From Atractiella rhizophila (lineage: Eukaryota): a stretch of DNA of 64,000 nt. The stretch spans positions 194,926-258,925 of the forward strand of contig MU271183.1 of the NCBI GenBank assembly GCA_021432655.1. The letters are read 5' to 3'. The notes below the pieces were generated by a model. It made no database searches and was not told where the DNA came from. It was given only the letters and a program-made list of their open reading frames with translations. Positions within the stretch are counted from its first letter, which is position 1; every line of letters starts with the position of its first letter. Of the stretch, positions 14,730 to 28,585 are shown in pieces. A program made the position numbers and the translations under genes.

Positions 14730-15907
14730 ATGTCTTACGGAAATCCCTACCCTGATCCTAACGCGCACCCACCTTACGGATCTCAGCAGACAGGAGGAGG
14801 TGGATATGGTTCCTCTGCACCCGGTGGAGGGTATGGAGGAGGAGGAGGAGGGTACGGTGGCGGTGGTGGTGGCGGATATGGAAGTGGCGGTGGTGGTGGT
14901 GGGTACGGCGGAGGCCACGGACCTAGCCATGGAGGGGGAGGAGGATATGGTCCCCCAAGTGGTGGACCACCTCCCCATCAGGTTCGTCCACTTTCGCTAG
15001 TTTTGGAATGGGGTGTAATTTCCTTACGCGCCGTTGCGTAGGGAGGTGGATATCCTCCTCAAGGACACTCTGGTCGTCCACCTGCTCCCCCACCAGCTGG
15101 AGACCACGATCCGAACCTCTACGGCTGGTTCAAGGCCGTAGATCACGATCGAAGCGGACATATCAGTGCCCAGGAGCTGCAACAGGTGCTGCTACTTCTC
15201 TGCTACCTTTACTTGATACTCATAGAACGAAAGGCACTCGTGAATGGAGACTGGTCCCCCTTCGACTTGGACACGGTCAAGCTACTGATGTCCATCTTTG
15301 ACGTCGATCGGCAAGGCGTACGTCACATTCTTTCCCGACAAGTCCAAGTATTTATTCACGGGTTGGAGGCAGACGATAGACTTTAATGAGTTCCAAGGGC
15401 TCTGGAAATACATCAGAGACTGGCAAAACGTCTTCCGACACTTCGACGCCGACAACAGCGGGACGATCGAGGCCACTGAGCTGTCGCGCGCTCTGAGCCA
15501 GTTTGGCTACAACCTCAGCCCAAGGCTGATATCGATCTTGGAGAAGAAATACGGTAGGTCTCTCTTAGATTCAAAGGGAAGCGAAGAATAAGATGAAGAT
15601 GTCAAAAAAGCAGGAACCTTGCCACAGAGAGGTGGAAAGGTTGGAGGGATCACTTTCGGTTCGTCCATTCATCCCTTTCTTTGTTGTTCGTTTGGATGGG
15701 AGTTGAGAGACTGTTCTGGATGAATAGATCGATTTGTTCGCTGCTGTGTTGTCGTTAAGAGCCTTACGGAGAGCTTCCAAAAATTGGACACCGATAGAGA
15801 CGGATGGGTGCAAATGAGCTATGAACAAGTTTGTCTTTCTTTTTCGTGATGAATGTTGTACTGATGCAGAGATGCAGTTCTTGGATATGGTCCTTAGCGC
15901 ACCTTAA
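14730..15907 (+). CDS. PEF1: Penta-EF-hand Ca2+-binding protein (peflin/PDCD6-like)
   Basis: Gly/Tyr/Pro-rich N-terminus, then EF-hands DHDRSGHISAQELQQ, FDVDRQGTIDFNEF, FDADNSGTIEATEL and LDTDRDGWVQMSYEQ. Ends FLDMVLSAP*. Confidence 0.92.
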
Positions 15908-16457
15908 TCTCAAGTTCAAAGATCAAAGAGAAGAAGTCTGCCAATGTTCTGAGTACTGTCTGGACCTGATTTCTGAAGTCAAAGTGTCAAGCTTTATTGA
16001 TTGTATTGATGACTGTTTAAGATAGTAATTGAAATACTTTAGAAACTCCATCTCTTAGCAATGATGGCGAACTGAACCTGCATGATGATGCTACCAGTCG
16101 ACAGAATGGGATCATGAGTGTGGAAACAGTCATTGCAGCAAAACGAACAAAAAGCAATTTATCGCCTTCCTATAGGGTAACACATGCTTGAGCACAACAC
16201 TAACTTGATATAAGGTGATACGTCCGAATCGAAGCCAGAAAACAAGAGTTCAGCAAAGTCAGTTCTGTAATGTTGTTACAATGAAAGACAAGGGACTCCA
16301 CTTGACGATAATGACACCGATGCAACCAAGAATGGATATTTTTCTTCAATCATAATGTATAGCGCGGGAGGTGACGAATCATGTGGTGGAAATGACGATA
16401 GAGTAAAACACTTCAGCTTGAGGACAGGATACCGACGGCGGGAAAGGTATGTCATTT

Positions 16458-19400
16458 CTATGCGAGAGGCGCAAAGTCGTGGCTGCGAACCCATCCCTGT
16501 CGAAGAACACTGAACGTAAGTACTGAGTGTGAAAGAACAACGTACGACACGGCCCCGCTCGTCTGCTCCCAAAAGCCACCCATTTCCTTCAGCATCTGCT
16601 GGATCATCTGACGGTTCCTCTTTAACAACTTCCAGTAGATCACCGACTGAAAAGGTCAGCATTGGAAATCCTGCCCTCCTCAGTGAATCTCCGGTCGAGC
16701 TTGTCACGGCTGCAGCCTGATATAAAACTGTCATCATCTCTTGAAGTGTGGCAGGGGGACTGTTTGGTAGGTCGAACGAAGTAGCAGCTGTTTTGATTCC
16801 GCTTTCATTTGAGAAAGCGAAAGAGGGGGCGGAAGAAGCAATACTGTTTCTATTCAATTCTGGTGTAGTGGCGGTTGAAGGACGGGAGCGATGAATGGCG
16901 TTCATATCATCAGAAAGATCGAATGGGGCTTGGATGCTGGAAACAGAAGGGAGAGGGGACGAGTTCTGCAGAGCATCTGACGATACGCGACGCCTGGACA
17001 GTGGGCGAGGAGAGACCGTTCGAGAAGCATAGGCGACTGGGAGACCATCAAAATTGAGGAGAGCTGGGGACCCTTTCGGTGAGCGAGTATAGTCTGTCGA
17101 AGTCGATGATTCGGTGTTGGATCGTAGACGCCCAAACTCGACAGGCGGTGACATCGTTAAAGAGCCTATCATCACATCAGTGCGATTTCGCTTTGTAGCA
17201 TTGAAGAACCAACCTGAGAAGGAGGCATTGGGAAGAGACCCATTCCTATATCGTGCGGGAGAAGTCGACGCAGTGGAGGTCGAGGTTGACACTGAATTAA
17301 TGTCAATGACGAGGCGTATACTTTCCTGAAATGAGACTTACGACTAGCGCTTCGGAACCGATGACTGTTGAGGATCAAGCTTTCTGCCAAAGTCATAACT
17401 GCTTGCTCGATAGGGCTGTGGGCTGTTCGATGATCCTCAACAACGTCTAAGCCTTTGGGGAGGATAGTGCAATGATGAGCAGCGAATGCAGCGAGATCTT
17501 GCATGCTCTCTCTGAAGAACACAGCTTGGGCAGCAGCAACTGATCATCATGCGCCCACATCAGCAATTGGATTGGATGAGGAGAGTAAGAGGACATACAG
17601 ATTTGTAGGATGGCATCAAAGTATTTCGCCACACACCCAAAAAACCGTGGCAACTCATCCATGAGCTGTGCCGTCAGTGCCTCATATGTTTTCGAATCCT
17701 GAACGAGTTGTTCGTCGATGTTCTTGTCTGATTTAGTTTTCAACTGAAGATATCTCGAATGGTCCAAGAGTTTGCGGTTCCGTTTATCGATGACAGATCG
17801 GGGATTGTCAAAGCAGTTGAGCAGGTTCTCACAACGGTCGTTTAAGGTGGTTCGGATGACATTGTTCTGTCCACTTATTCAGCGATACTTCAAGGAGTCA
17901 TGTAGTGAAGCTCACAAGACGCTTCCAGGGGCCCTCAATGATGTACTGGATGATAATAACGAAATTTGCGATAACATCCGCGCCGCCGCCTTGAACTTGA
18001 GCCTCTCCTTCGAAAGGTGCATACACAGTCTGCCAACTCCTCAAGAGGTCGAGTTGACAATGTAGCGAAGTCAACAAGCTCCTGGACCAATTCTTGGTCT
18101 CCGTCAAAAACCTCAGAACAGCTTCTTGGTCGGCCTGGAACTTGTCCAACAGTAAATCAAACGTTTCATGAGGCGGGAGCTCCATCATCCCCATTCTTTC
18201 CTTAATCTTGGCTCCGCTCCTGAAAATCCTCTTGCTGACATTAAAACCACCTGAACTTCCCGTGCCAGCACTGCGTGAATGTTTGCCCCTCGAATCCTTC
18301 TTGTTGACTATACGGGTAACAATTTCCTGCCTTCTCTTCACTTCGTTGATGTACTCGGCAACCAGGAGGATCTCCTCATTCGCCTTGCGTAGCGCAGCAT
18401 AATCCGGGTGCGTCAGAGGAGTTAGGTTGAGAATTTGATCGATCAAAAGGGGATACTTGAGACACCGCTGCACTGGCTTGATGAGTAAGCTTGACATGTC
18501 CCAAGCCGTCGTGCGACTTTTAGAGAGTGCTCTGCAGTCTAAGAAATAGGTTTGGAGGGCAGGCAGCAGTTCCTCCAGTCTCTTGATCGCCCGATCGTGT
18601 CGTGAGCAATAGGATGAATAAACTTCCTGGATCCGTGGGATCTGTAACAGGAAGGGACATTGGCCTAAGATTGCCCATCCAAAGCAAGACTGAGGAACGT
18701 ACCATTTCGAGAAACACCTCTCCGATTCGATCTGTGAAATCCTCTTCCTCTACGTCACCAGTGCCTTGGGCTTTCTCGAGCAACACGGCAAAAGCGCTAC
18801 TGAGGGTAACCACCTCCTCTATGTTCTTAAAGATCACCCGTATATCACCGGCATCCATGGGTTTCAAACCGTTCTCAGGCACTATCCTTTGTGCGCCATT
18901 CTCGTCCTTGTCCTGTTCCGCAATCGTGTCGGGCGATAGCGGGTCGTTCTTATCGAGCGTCTCTCGGATTGATGAAGCAGTGGCTCCTCTTGCACGAGCG
19001 AGGAAGACGTCCCTGACGACGACCATATCACGCGCGTAAGACTGTTCGGTTTTCACGAGCTCTTCGATGGTCCGCACTTTCTTCACACGTCGTTTCTTCT
19101 CCTGCGGCTCAAGATGCAGCTGACCCTCCGATACCGTACGGGAGATGGCAATAGGAGGGGAGGGGAGGGACGCCATTTTTGTAGAAGGGGAGAGGGGAAG
19201 CGTTTGATCTGCCGGTCTGGATACAACGGAGGATGCGACAGTCGACTCTGGGATGCCAACCATACCTACTGCCCTCGCCGAACGTAACAAAGCATGGTCC
19301 TCTGTCACCCTTCGACGGAGACCGATCCTCGCAGCGTTCCAAACCATCTCCTTCGTCTCCTCTTCCACAGGCGTTGTCCACCCTTCCGCCTCCGGTTCTT

Positions 19401-22400
19401 CTTCCTCCGTCGTGCTAGCGTTCAAGGAGGACCTAGTGAACTTCATCGAAGTGGAAAAGGCAGAACGAGGTGGTGACGGCAGGTTGTTCAGGCGGCCGTG
19501 GCTCGATGAAGGGGCATCAAAGAATGGGGTGGGAGGTTCCGTGGGGATGATGGGCATTCGGTCTGGGTCTATTACATCCAGCTCATCCGAACTGAGATCC
19601 TCTCGAATCTCAATTACTGGGCTTGGAGGCGAACCGTGGATTGGGCTGAGCTGTGTGCTCGTCCTCTTCCCCCCATGGCCTCCGCCTCCATCTTGAAGAT
19701 ACAGGCTGTTCCACCGACTTTGTCCTGGCGTATAAGGAGCGGAATCGTCAAAGTAACTGGGGATGGTAGGCAAGCCTCCATACATTGAAGGTTGAGAATA
19801 CACGCTCCCCGTCGTCGCACTGAGAATACTTGCCCTACCTCCAAGGTCGTCACCAACGTCAATCCCCAGACCAATGTTACGTTGGATGTGTTCGTCTTGA
19901 ACCTCGAGGAAGAGGGCCACTCGTCGATTTCTCTCGTCCGCCATGTCTCGCGCCAAGTTTCGGGCACCTACCCCCGTCCTCCCCTTGACCGAGCGCTGTC
20001 TCACAGTTCCCACATCAGTATCCACCTCCTTCTCCTTCTCACTCTCTGGGGGTGATTCTTCCTTTTCCTTTCGCTTCAATGTTGATGCCTCTGCCGTCGT
20101 TGGCGAGTTCGGTTCTTGTTGCTGTATTGCTAGTAGTGTAGTAGTAGTAGGAGGAGAGGAGAGGACGAGCGGCGGCGGCGGGGATTTGGCGGATGTGGAC
20201 TCGTTCCTCTTCGGGACATTCTGATTATGATGGTTGTAAGAAGATGCATCGGAAGTCCTCCTCTCCCGTCCTTTCGACGATAGGATGGAGTTCGAGGCGG
20301 AAGACTCGGTCGTAGATGACGTTATTACACTCGTGGCTGTTGAAGGTCTACGCGGGGATCTAGGAGGATGTGGGATCGGATGACCTTTAGAAGAAGGAAG
20401 GGGTGAGTTTGGATGCTCTAGTAGAGGTTTGGATGGAAGAGTAGGTAAGTGTCGGACTGGTTCGAACCAGAGTTGGAGGATGCTTCATGCAACGAATGAG
20501 CGGCAATATCAGTTCTTTTCGCTTTCTCATCAACGAAAATCAACAACACGAAACTCGGCAAACTCGATTCCAGATTCTAAATCAAAGCTGAAGAGCTCAC
20601 TTTCTCTCTCCACGATCAGCGTGCCATTGAAAGATTTACTGAGCTTCAACAACTTTCTGAAGGTTAAACCGGACGCGGAGCGTGCCTGCTTAATCCAATG
20701 GCTCTCCTCTGCTCTCCTGTCGAACATCCCTACAGCGAAGAATGTTCTTTTCGAAACTGAAGCCAATAAAGTAATGCTCAACCGAGAGATGGAGATTGGC
20801 CGGAAGAATGAAGCAGACAAAAGCCACGCTTCTCGATCCTCGGTGCTTCCAAAAGCACTGTCATCCTCGGATGAAAGGCAAAATCGAAGACCGGGTTCAA
20901 AACCCCACAACTCTCAGTCGAGGAACTTGGACGCGTCCCTGCAATTCCAATTCCATGGATCATAAAGCAGCAGCGAGCGAGGTCGCTGACACCTCCATTT
21001 CTCTTCCCCGCCCAACTCACGCGAAAGGAAGAGACACATCCACCAAATAATGCAAATCCAAACCTTATCAATTGAGTGTGAAGATCGACTACCCACCTTC
21101 ACTGTCCCTCCTCCACCCTGCCCCTCCAGCGGCGCTTCCCAACGTGACCGAGAGCTTGCTTGCGTTCGCACCACCACCCATGCTCACGTTCACAGAAGGA
21201 GCCACAGTATCGAACGACTTCCTCCTCTTCTCGTCCCTAACACCTCTCCTCGTCTCTTCCTTTTTCAACACCTCCTCCATGTCCCCAACGACCATCTGTC
21301 CGGCCAACATCCCTTGCTGCCATCCTCCCACGTTCCCATCCTCCTCTGGAAACGCGAGCGCGGCGGATATCTTGGAGAAGAACCGTTTGGCTCCGAATCC
21401 GGACGGGCGTGAGGGTCGCTTGCTGTGTTGGGATTGAGAGGACGAGGATGTGTTGGTCGCGCTGTTGGCCATCGGTGCGGAGGCAGGGATGGTGATTGGT
21501 GCGGTGGCGTTAGAGACGAATGGTGTGATACGGCCAGAGAGGGTGCCCATCGAATCCCTCCTTCCTCCTTCTGATCCTTTCAGGCTCCCACTTCCACTTC
21601 CACTTCCGCTACCGCTGCCGCTCCAACTTCCACTTCGATCCAACCCACCATTCGCATTTCCACTTCCGCTCGCTTTCACAGTCACATTGCTTCCCGAACT
21701 TGCCTCGCTGATCCTCGGTCTGTGCTCAGCTCCTTGGATCTTCACCATTCTTGCCGAACTAGCAGCGCCAGCACCAGCAGTCGCACCAATAACAGGGACC
21801 GGAGGAGGTCTGACCAAACCCTGACTAGTATTCGGCGGTCTCCTCAACCCTCCCTTTTGCATACTCGCCAACCTCGCACTCGGACTCCTTCCCACACCTC
21901 CACCTCCACTCTCAAAGCTACCAAACAGACCCAAGTCCCTAAACGCATCTTCCAACCTCACATTCTCCTCTTCCTCATCCACCTCATCGACCCTTCCCGC
22001 TCGAGACCCTCTCCTCCTCCTCCTCTTCGGAGGAGCCGCGGCTGTGGGAACACTTTTTCCCTTGGAGAAAGAACCCGGGATATCGTCTAGGTCCGAATCA
22101 GAACCTGATCCAGATCCAGAATGACCGCTGCGACTTCCACCGTCTTCGGACTGTTCGATGTCCAGAAACGACGCGTCGGACTTCGCCGAGAGAGGTAGAC
22201 CTCCGGGCAACATTCTCTCCCTCTCCCTCTCCCTCTCCCTCTCCTTTTCTTTCAATTTCCCAACCGTATTCGGTTTCGAAACGGAAGAAGAAATAGAAAC
22301 GGCCTGTCCCGATCCTATCCCGGTTGGAGAAACAGCCCGAAAGCGCCCCTGACTAGCGAACGTCGTAGAACTCGGTGCCGTCCCCGGTCTCCTAGGTACC

Positions 22401-23440
22401 CTTTCCCTCTGCGCGTTCAAATGGGGTGGAAGACCTCGCGCCGGGTTCCTTATCGGGAGACGAGGTGCGGGTGATGTTGTGGATGCGGAGGGAGGAGGAG
22501 AGGTAGGGGTGGGGGGTATGGAGGCCGTTGGTGGAGGAGAGGTTGGCGGTTGGCGGCGCGGTGTGAAGGGTGGGGAGCGAGCGGATTTGGGTGGAGAGGA
22601 GGAGAGGGTGGGACGGGGTGGTGAGGAGGGTGTCGGCGGGGAGGGGAGGGGCTGTGTTGGGGCTGCGGTTGTGGGAGGTGGGAGGTGTTTACGTGCTGAT
22701 GGACCTCTTCCTGTTTGTGTGGAATGTGCTGAATGAGTTGAGTGCGATGGGTGAGTTGAGACCATCTTGGAGACGGAAGGATGGGAGATCTTCTGTGAGA
22801 GTGCAGCGGGTGAGACAGCCAGTGGAGAAGGCGAGAGAAGTCTCGGAGTGGAAGAGAGGACGGGTGTGCGGTTCGGGCTGCCAACTGAGACTGGAGTTGG
22901 TGTTGGAGTTGGAACGGAGGAGGAACCCGGTGGAGGGTCGAGCGACTCTTGAGAGTCTCCTCCACGCGCGATACCGAATTCAATGGTGGGACTCGACTCT
23001 TCGAATGAGCGCTGAGGACATCATCCAACGCAGACAACAAGACCGGACCGGATGAAATGGCAAGTCGCAATAGCAACGAAGGTGCCAAACAGAAGAAAGA
23101 AGCGGGACAAATCAATATCCGTCGACCTCACTCTGACGCTGGAGGCTGGACGCACCTTACTGCTCCCTTGACTATCCGTACTAGCTCTTCCCCTCCCAAC
23201 CCCACCACCTTGAGCATAAACATTCAAATGACCTGGTCCTCCTTCAAAGCTTATCTTCCTTTCCCTCATCCTCTGAGCTCCACCGCGCGACGAGGAGAGT
23301 GGGACGGCCGAAGCGGACATGGATGGTGATGGAGTGGCGGAGGTCGAAGTGGCGAGAGAGGAGGTAGACGCAGAAGGCATCCTCGAAGGGCGAGTGTACA
23401 TGGAAGCATAGGCGGCAGAACCGGTTGCCATACCTCCCAT
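16458..23440 (-). CDS. Rho guanine nucleotide exchange factor with DH, BAR and C-terminal SH3 domains (DNMBP/Tuba-, Gef1-like) and long disordered N-terminus
   Basis: DH motifs TIEELVKTEQSYARDM, IFKNIEEV and SLLIKPVQRCLKYPLLI. BAR region LLDHSRY...YEALTAQLMDELPRF. SH3-like LTFSVGDLLEVV..GWLLG..GWVRSHDFAPLA*. The 5' low-complexity exons join in frame through introns ~23155-23012 and 21096-20457. The 5' model is less certain than the 3'. Confidence 0.8.
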
Positions 23441-23944
23441 TCACGATTGGACTCCAAATCTCCAAAGACCTGCAACAAACAACAGCCGTCGATTACTTGA
23501 TTTTTAGGAGCGGGAAAGGCTGGAGAGCGGTTTTGTAGATAGCTCCAAGGTTAGCCGAGCTGCTGTGAAAGCGAAAGCAAAGCCAAAAGGCTGAAGCACG
23601 CGTTCGGTCGCGAAACCAACACAGCGAAGGAAGATTTGGCGATTGATCGAGGCTGAAATCGATGATCGTGTACTTAATTTTGATTATGGGTAACTTGTTT
23701 TCTGGGTGACTCGCCTTGAGCAATTGAATACTTAGTGGCAGCTGGGATGACTGAGGCTGAGCTGGTGATGGGGTATGTAGGCTCTAGAGGCAGTAGAAGC
23801 AGTGGTGGATGTTTTGACTCTGAAGAAAGCACGCAAGAAACGCCCGACGCTTGATCTTTATCGCCACGCGACCTTCAACTTTATCGCAACGACGTCTTGT
23901 TCCCTCTGTTCACTGGCCCCATTTCTTGGCAGATAAACATATTC

Positions 23945-23981
23945 GAGAATGAGAATTGAGAATGAGAGAATGAGAATGAGA
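23945..23981. repeat. Imperfect (GAGAAT)n microsatellite
   Basis: gagaatgagaattgagaatgagagaatgagaatgaga. Confidence 0.7.
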
Positions 23982-24339
23982 CAAAACTTGAAACACGAAG
24001 TTGTAATATGAGGCCACGACAAGCGTTCCATCATCAGCTCACTGCTTCCTGACAGGTCGACAGCTGCTAGGGTGATTGCGGTGGTACTGTCAAAGTCCTG
24101 TACGACACTGAACATGTGGGACAATACCTGGATTAGGATGGATGGATATGGATTGACGGTGTACGCTTCTATTGTAAGCCTCCACTTGCACTCTCAGCCG
24201 AAGGTTCAGAATCCTGAGCACGAGGTCCCTATCCCGCTTTGAAATTTGAGGCTTTACTTGCCCTGACATGACTTGACGTTGAAGCTTGCTCGTGTGGCGT
24301 GACACTCCCGTCGTGACGACCCACTTTGACTTCAGGTTT

Positions 24340-24966
24340 CGAGCGTTCGTGAGTGGCAAGCGCTCCGATCAATCAGCCCGTGGTCGCGTCAACTCACTGA
24401 AATGGCATGGCGGCTCGTGAACCGTGAACGTGAACTGTCTTGGTCGATCTCTCAATCGTTAATTGTCCCTTGCTCTTGAATGACCCGGACCCAAGAAGGG
24501 TGATGGCCTGATCCACGTACGACTTCGAAACACGTCGTTCTCACGGATTGACGGGCCGTCGCACTTCTTCTTTGGCTGAGATGCTGCGAAATTCATCGTC
24601 CACTTCTGTAACGTCTTCTTGCCTTCTTATTCCGATGCAATTCCTGATGCGGACAATGATAGCCGCGCTGCCCAAGGTGCAATCTTCAAAGAGAGTGCGA
24701 GACCTCCCCTGCTGCCACCGTTGCACCACTCGAAAGGCTCAGACATGTTAGAGGACCATTGGCATCAAATAAGCTGCTTATGACTTGTGAGAAAGCTTGC
24801 AGTCATTGTGACCGTCTCATTTCTATGTCTGAAGAAAGTTACGAGGCGAAACTACCGACCCTCATCCCAATGTGAATGTCAACCTCTACGTCCACTCCGT
24901 CGACTTCCCTTGCATAATACGGGATAGAGTCTCCTCCCAATGCCTCCTTGTCCAGTTCGTTCTTCA
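24340..24966 (+). pseudogene. Inverted, decayed copy of RhoGEF 3' region (BAR end), left part
   Basis: Aligns by eye to the reverse complement of ~17200-17920, for example atgtcaacctctacgtccactccgtcgacttccc vs gtgtcaacctcgacctccactgcgtcgacttctc. Retains the intron (tct|gtaacg...gatag). Many indels. Confidence 0.8.
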
Positions 24967-25133
24967 TGTTAATGAAACGAAGTGCCGTGGTGCTGATCTG
25001 GTAATATGTAAGACTCTGCTGCAAAAAGTGAACTCCTTTAGCTCAACTAGAGCGAGAACTAAGAGGCTCAATATATAAATGAGACCTTAAATGAAAGAGA
25101 GACAGGAACAAACTTATGCTAGCTGCACTAAAG

Positions 25134-25330
25134 TGTCGAGCCACCTATTAAGCTATTTCGTCTCAGAATGAAGAGAAGGGTTTTTACAGAGGCACTTCCA
25201 AGGCCAGCGGAAGTTACCTTGATTCTTACCGTGCTGTGAGGGTGAAGTAAGATAATGAGGAGTAAGGTGATTTTACAGTGACAAGTGACACTGCTTTTAA
25301 AGGCCAATGAACAGATAAAAGATCCGGACA
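25134..25330 (-). mobile_element. Putative short solo LTR (TGTC...GACA) at the point where the copia RT is truncated
   Basis: 4-bp terminal inverted repeat. The copia RT ends abruptly at ...PSFRLI here. No TSD. Confidence 0.35.
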
Positions 25331-25647
25331 AGATTAAGCGAAATGACGGCATGGAGAGGACTGGGGAGAAAGTTTCGTCGTAATCGACTGCGTGAAGCCT
25401 TGAGCGACGACTCTTGCACGAAATCGGACGGTTTCTCCCCCTGGGCCCAGTTTCTCCCTCAACACCCATTTCGAACCGATCACATTCTCCCCCTCAGGAA
25501 GTGGCATCATCTCTCCAACTTCCCTCTCCTTCCACGAAATCCTCTCCTTGTCAAATGTGTCCTGCCACTTGGAGGCGTCTGGACCATTAATGGCTTCTTC
25601 GTATGACGGAGTGAGGTTGCGAGTGGGGCTGGCGATGGTAATGCGAG

Positions 25648-26080
25648 TGTTAGGGCAAACACTATGTGCGGTCGCCGACAGGCGATGCGTCTGTAGTGGA
25701 GATAAACCTAAGAGCATGATATGACATGAAGACTAACCTGTAGTGGAGATAAACCTAACAGAATACTCTAAGGTCACCTCCACTACTCTCCGATCTATAT
25801 ATACAAGCGGAATAACACTGCCACAAAGTGTAGAGCAGAGCAGATGAAACATGTAAGAGAACAAAAAGGGGAAGTGACAGTGGGATTACACGGAGTTAAT
25901 AAGAGGAGGATAGGCACAATTGGGCTAAGTGGTGATGTAGGTGCAAATGGACGACAGGAGATGCAGTGGTGACGGGAGACGCAGTGGCGAACAGGCGCCG
26001 ATTCGCAGGGAACGCAAATGGGCGATAGGAGACGCAATCCGGCGAACGAGCGCCGATTTGCGTAAGATGCAAACCTGACA
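25648..26080 (-). mobile_element. Solo LTR, family A (TGTCAGG...CCTAACA), inserted in copia pol
   Basis: 433 bp, TG..CA, perfect 5-bp TSD GCGAG on both sides. Contains TATATA and a duplicated TTAGGTTTATCTCCACTACAG. Confidence 0.93.
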
Positions 26081-28570
26081 GCGAGCCACAGTGTCGGAGA
26101 GAGATGAGTCTCCGAAATACTTTTCTCTGTTCTCTCTCTGAGCTTCTGCAGGAGAACGACGAGCTCGCTAAGAGCGTTCGCGGGGCGGAGATGGGTCAGG
26201 TTTCACCTTCGACGGCACTTCAGTGGGTCTCGCCCCCTCTTTCTGTTCCTCTCCCTTTTCTACCATGTCTGACGTCTCTTCAGGAGGATCCAGCACTTCG
26301 TTAGTTTGGACTTCGAGAGATTGAAGGAGGGTCGGATGGTGAGTTTCGTCGAATTGGACATGGAGGTGTTTGGTGACTGACCCGTTTTTAGGGTTGTAGA
26401 TCCGATAAGTCTTGCTCTCCCAATCATAACCGACCAGTCTCCCTTCCCACGAACGTGCATCCAGCTTCTGTCTGTTTGGCTCAGGAGGAACCAGGCCGTA
26501 AGTTCGACATCCCAGCACGGGCAAGTGCTCCACTGACAGCTTCTTTCCAGTCCAAGCCTCGAACGGCGTCTTGCCTTTGAGTGCGACGGTTGGACGGCGA
26601 TTTAGGAGGTGAATTGCGGCGACAACAAGTTCTCCCCACGGCTTCTTGGGGAGATCGGAAGTGTGGAGGGTAGAACGGATGAGGGAAGCGATGGAAAGGT
26701 TGAGATGCTCCGCGACGCTATTCTATTGCGGAGTGTAGGAGGCAGTGTGCTCGTGCTTGATGCCATGAGACTTCAGGTACATCTTGAACTCGTTGCTGGT
26801 GTACTCCCCGCCATTATCTGACCTTATTGCTTTGATCTTTAAGCCGGTCTCGAGCTCGACTTTGGCTTTGAACTCCTTAAAGGTGGAGAAGACATCGGAT
26901 TTTCGCTTTAGAAGGTAATCCACTTTCTTCGAGTCGCATCATCTGTGAAGCTCACCCAGTATTCAGCTCCACTGATCGACTTCACAGGCGCAGGACCCCA
27001 CACGTCAGTGTGAACGAGTTCGAGCTTCTCACTCGCACGTTTCAAAGGTCCACAAGGGAACGGGAGCTTGGATTGACGACCAAGGAGACATCCGGCACAA
27101 GGTGCGTGATGATCCTCCTCTCCCACTTCCATCCCTCTAACCATTTCTTTCTTCTGCAGCTCCTCAAGTCCATCCATTCCAAGATGACCGAGCCTGCAGT
27201 GCCAGATGTGAGCAGACGGGGTTTTCGTGGCAGTGGTGAGTTTCGCATTCGCTTCGCTTGCTTCCAGGAACAGCACTGACGCATCAAGCTTGCGCAGGCC
27301 TCCTTCCGCACTAATTTCTGCCACTACCGTTACATCTCGCTTCACAATCCTCCCACGTCTGTCCGTGGAGAAGACGACGTCGAAACCACACGAGTTGAGC
27401 TTATCGGTGGAGAGGAGAGCACAATCAATTTCGGGTCAAAGAGAACATCGGTGAGTTCAATTTTTCTTTCCACTCCATTCAGTTTTGTCAAGACTCTGAC
27501 TGTTCCAATGCCAGGGGCCCTTGTGATGATTTCGTGGGACGAGCAGATGCGACAAGCGTGCGGAGAAAGCGATGAGAACCAGGAACGGAATGGGACGATG
27601 TGGTCTGTTGCCGCAGAATCGACATAGATCCCCTCGCGGTGAGTTCCATCTCCAGCGACCGTGTGGAAAGCCTCTGAGATCTTTGCTTCCCCAGGTTTTT
27701 CTCCTTCCTCCCGCTTCTTCTTTCGGCAATCGCTCTCCCAATGACCTTCGATACCACAAAAGTGGCATTTGCCCTTTTTCTTCTCGCTTTTCGACCTCCC
27801 TCCACCACTACTTCCACCTCCCGACTTGGTATAGTTCCTTCCTCCTCCCCCAGACCTTGTAACTAACGCTTCGCTAGGTTTTGAGTCTGGATTCCTTCGA
27901 TCGGCTTCGAGCAGGAGACGGGAAGCGATGTAGGAGGATGTGAAATCAGAGGAGGAGACGGCGTTGAACCAGGAGACGAGTTCGATCCAGGACGGGGGTA
28001 GGGAGATCAACAGTAGCATCGCGACATCCTCGTCATCCGTCTTGTCACCCATCACCTTCAACTCTTGCCCCATGGTGTGAATCCGATTGACATGATCTTG
28101 CATCGACTCACCCTCGACGTAACGCGCGGTGTAGAGCTTCTGACAGAGGAGAATACGAGCCTGGCGGTCCTGGGTTTGGTAGAGCTCCTTGAGCCTATCC
28201 CAAACCTCCTTCGGCTTCTCGACATCGATGCCCCGGATATTGGTGAGTACGTGGTCTTTGCAGGCTTCGATAATGATCGAATAGACTAGGTTCGCCCGTC
28301 TCGTCCAGTCCTTCTGCAACACCTCGACCTTCGCGACTTCCTCCGGCTTCCCAGCCTCTCCACCAACGGCAACAGGTTTGACATCCGTCCCAGCAACGAT
28401 CCCCGAGCATTTCTTGCCGAGCAGCTTCGCCTGGACACGGAAGTACCAGATGTGGTAGTTCTCCCATCCCTCGAGTTTTGGGATAGTCGAAGAAGTAAGT
28501 ACGGTAGTGTCATGATTTTCAGACATTTGAGGCTGACGAGGTGGCAGGGACTTCGGCTAGATGAGAACGA

Positions 28571-28583
28571 GCTTTCGCTACCA
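28571..28583 (-). promoter_or_regulatory. Primer binding site TGGTAGCGAAAGC (initiator-Met tRNA type)
   Basis: Starts 2 nt after the LTR end and ~45 nt before the gag ATG. TGGTAGC is complementary to a tRNA 3' end GCUACCA. Confidence 0.7.
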
Positions 28584-28585
28584 AT

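Noticed and set aside
21050..23330. Many long + strand ORFs opposite the RhoGEF N-terminus
   Set aside because: Antisense shadows of GC-rich low-complexity coding sequence.
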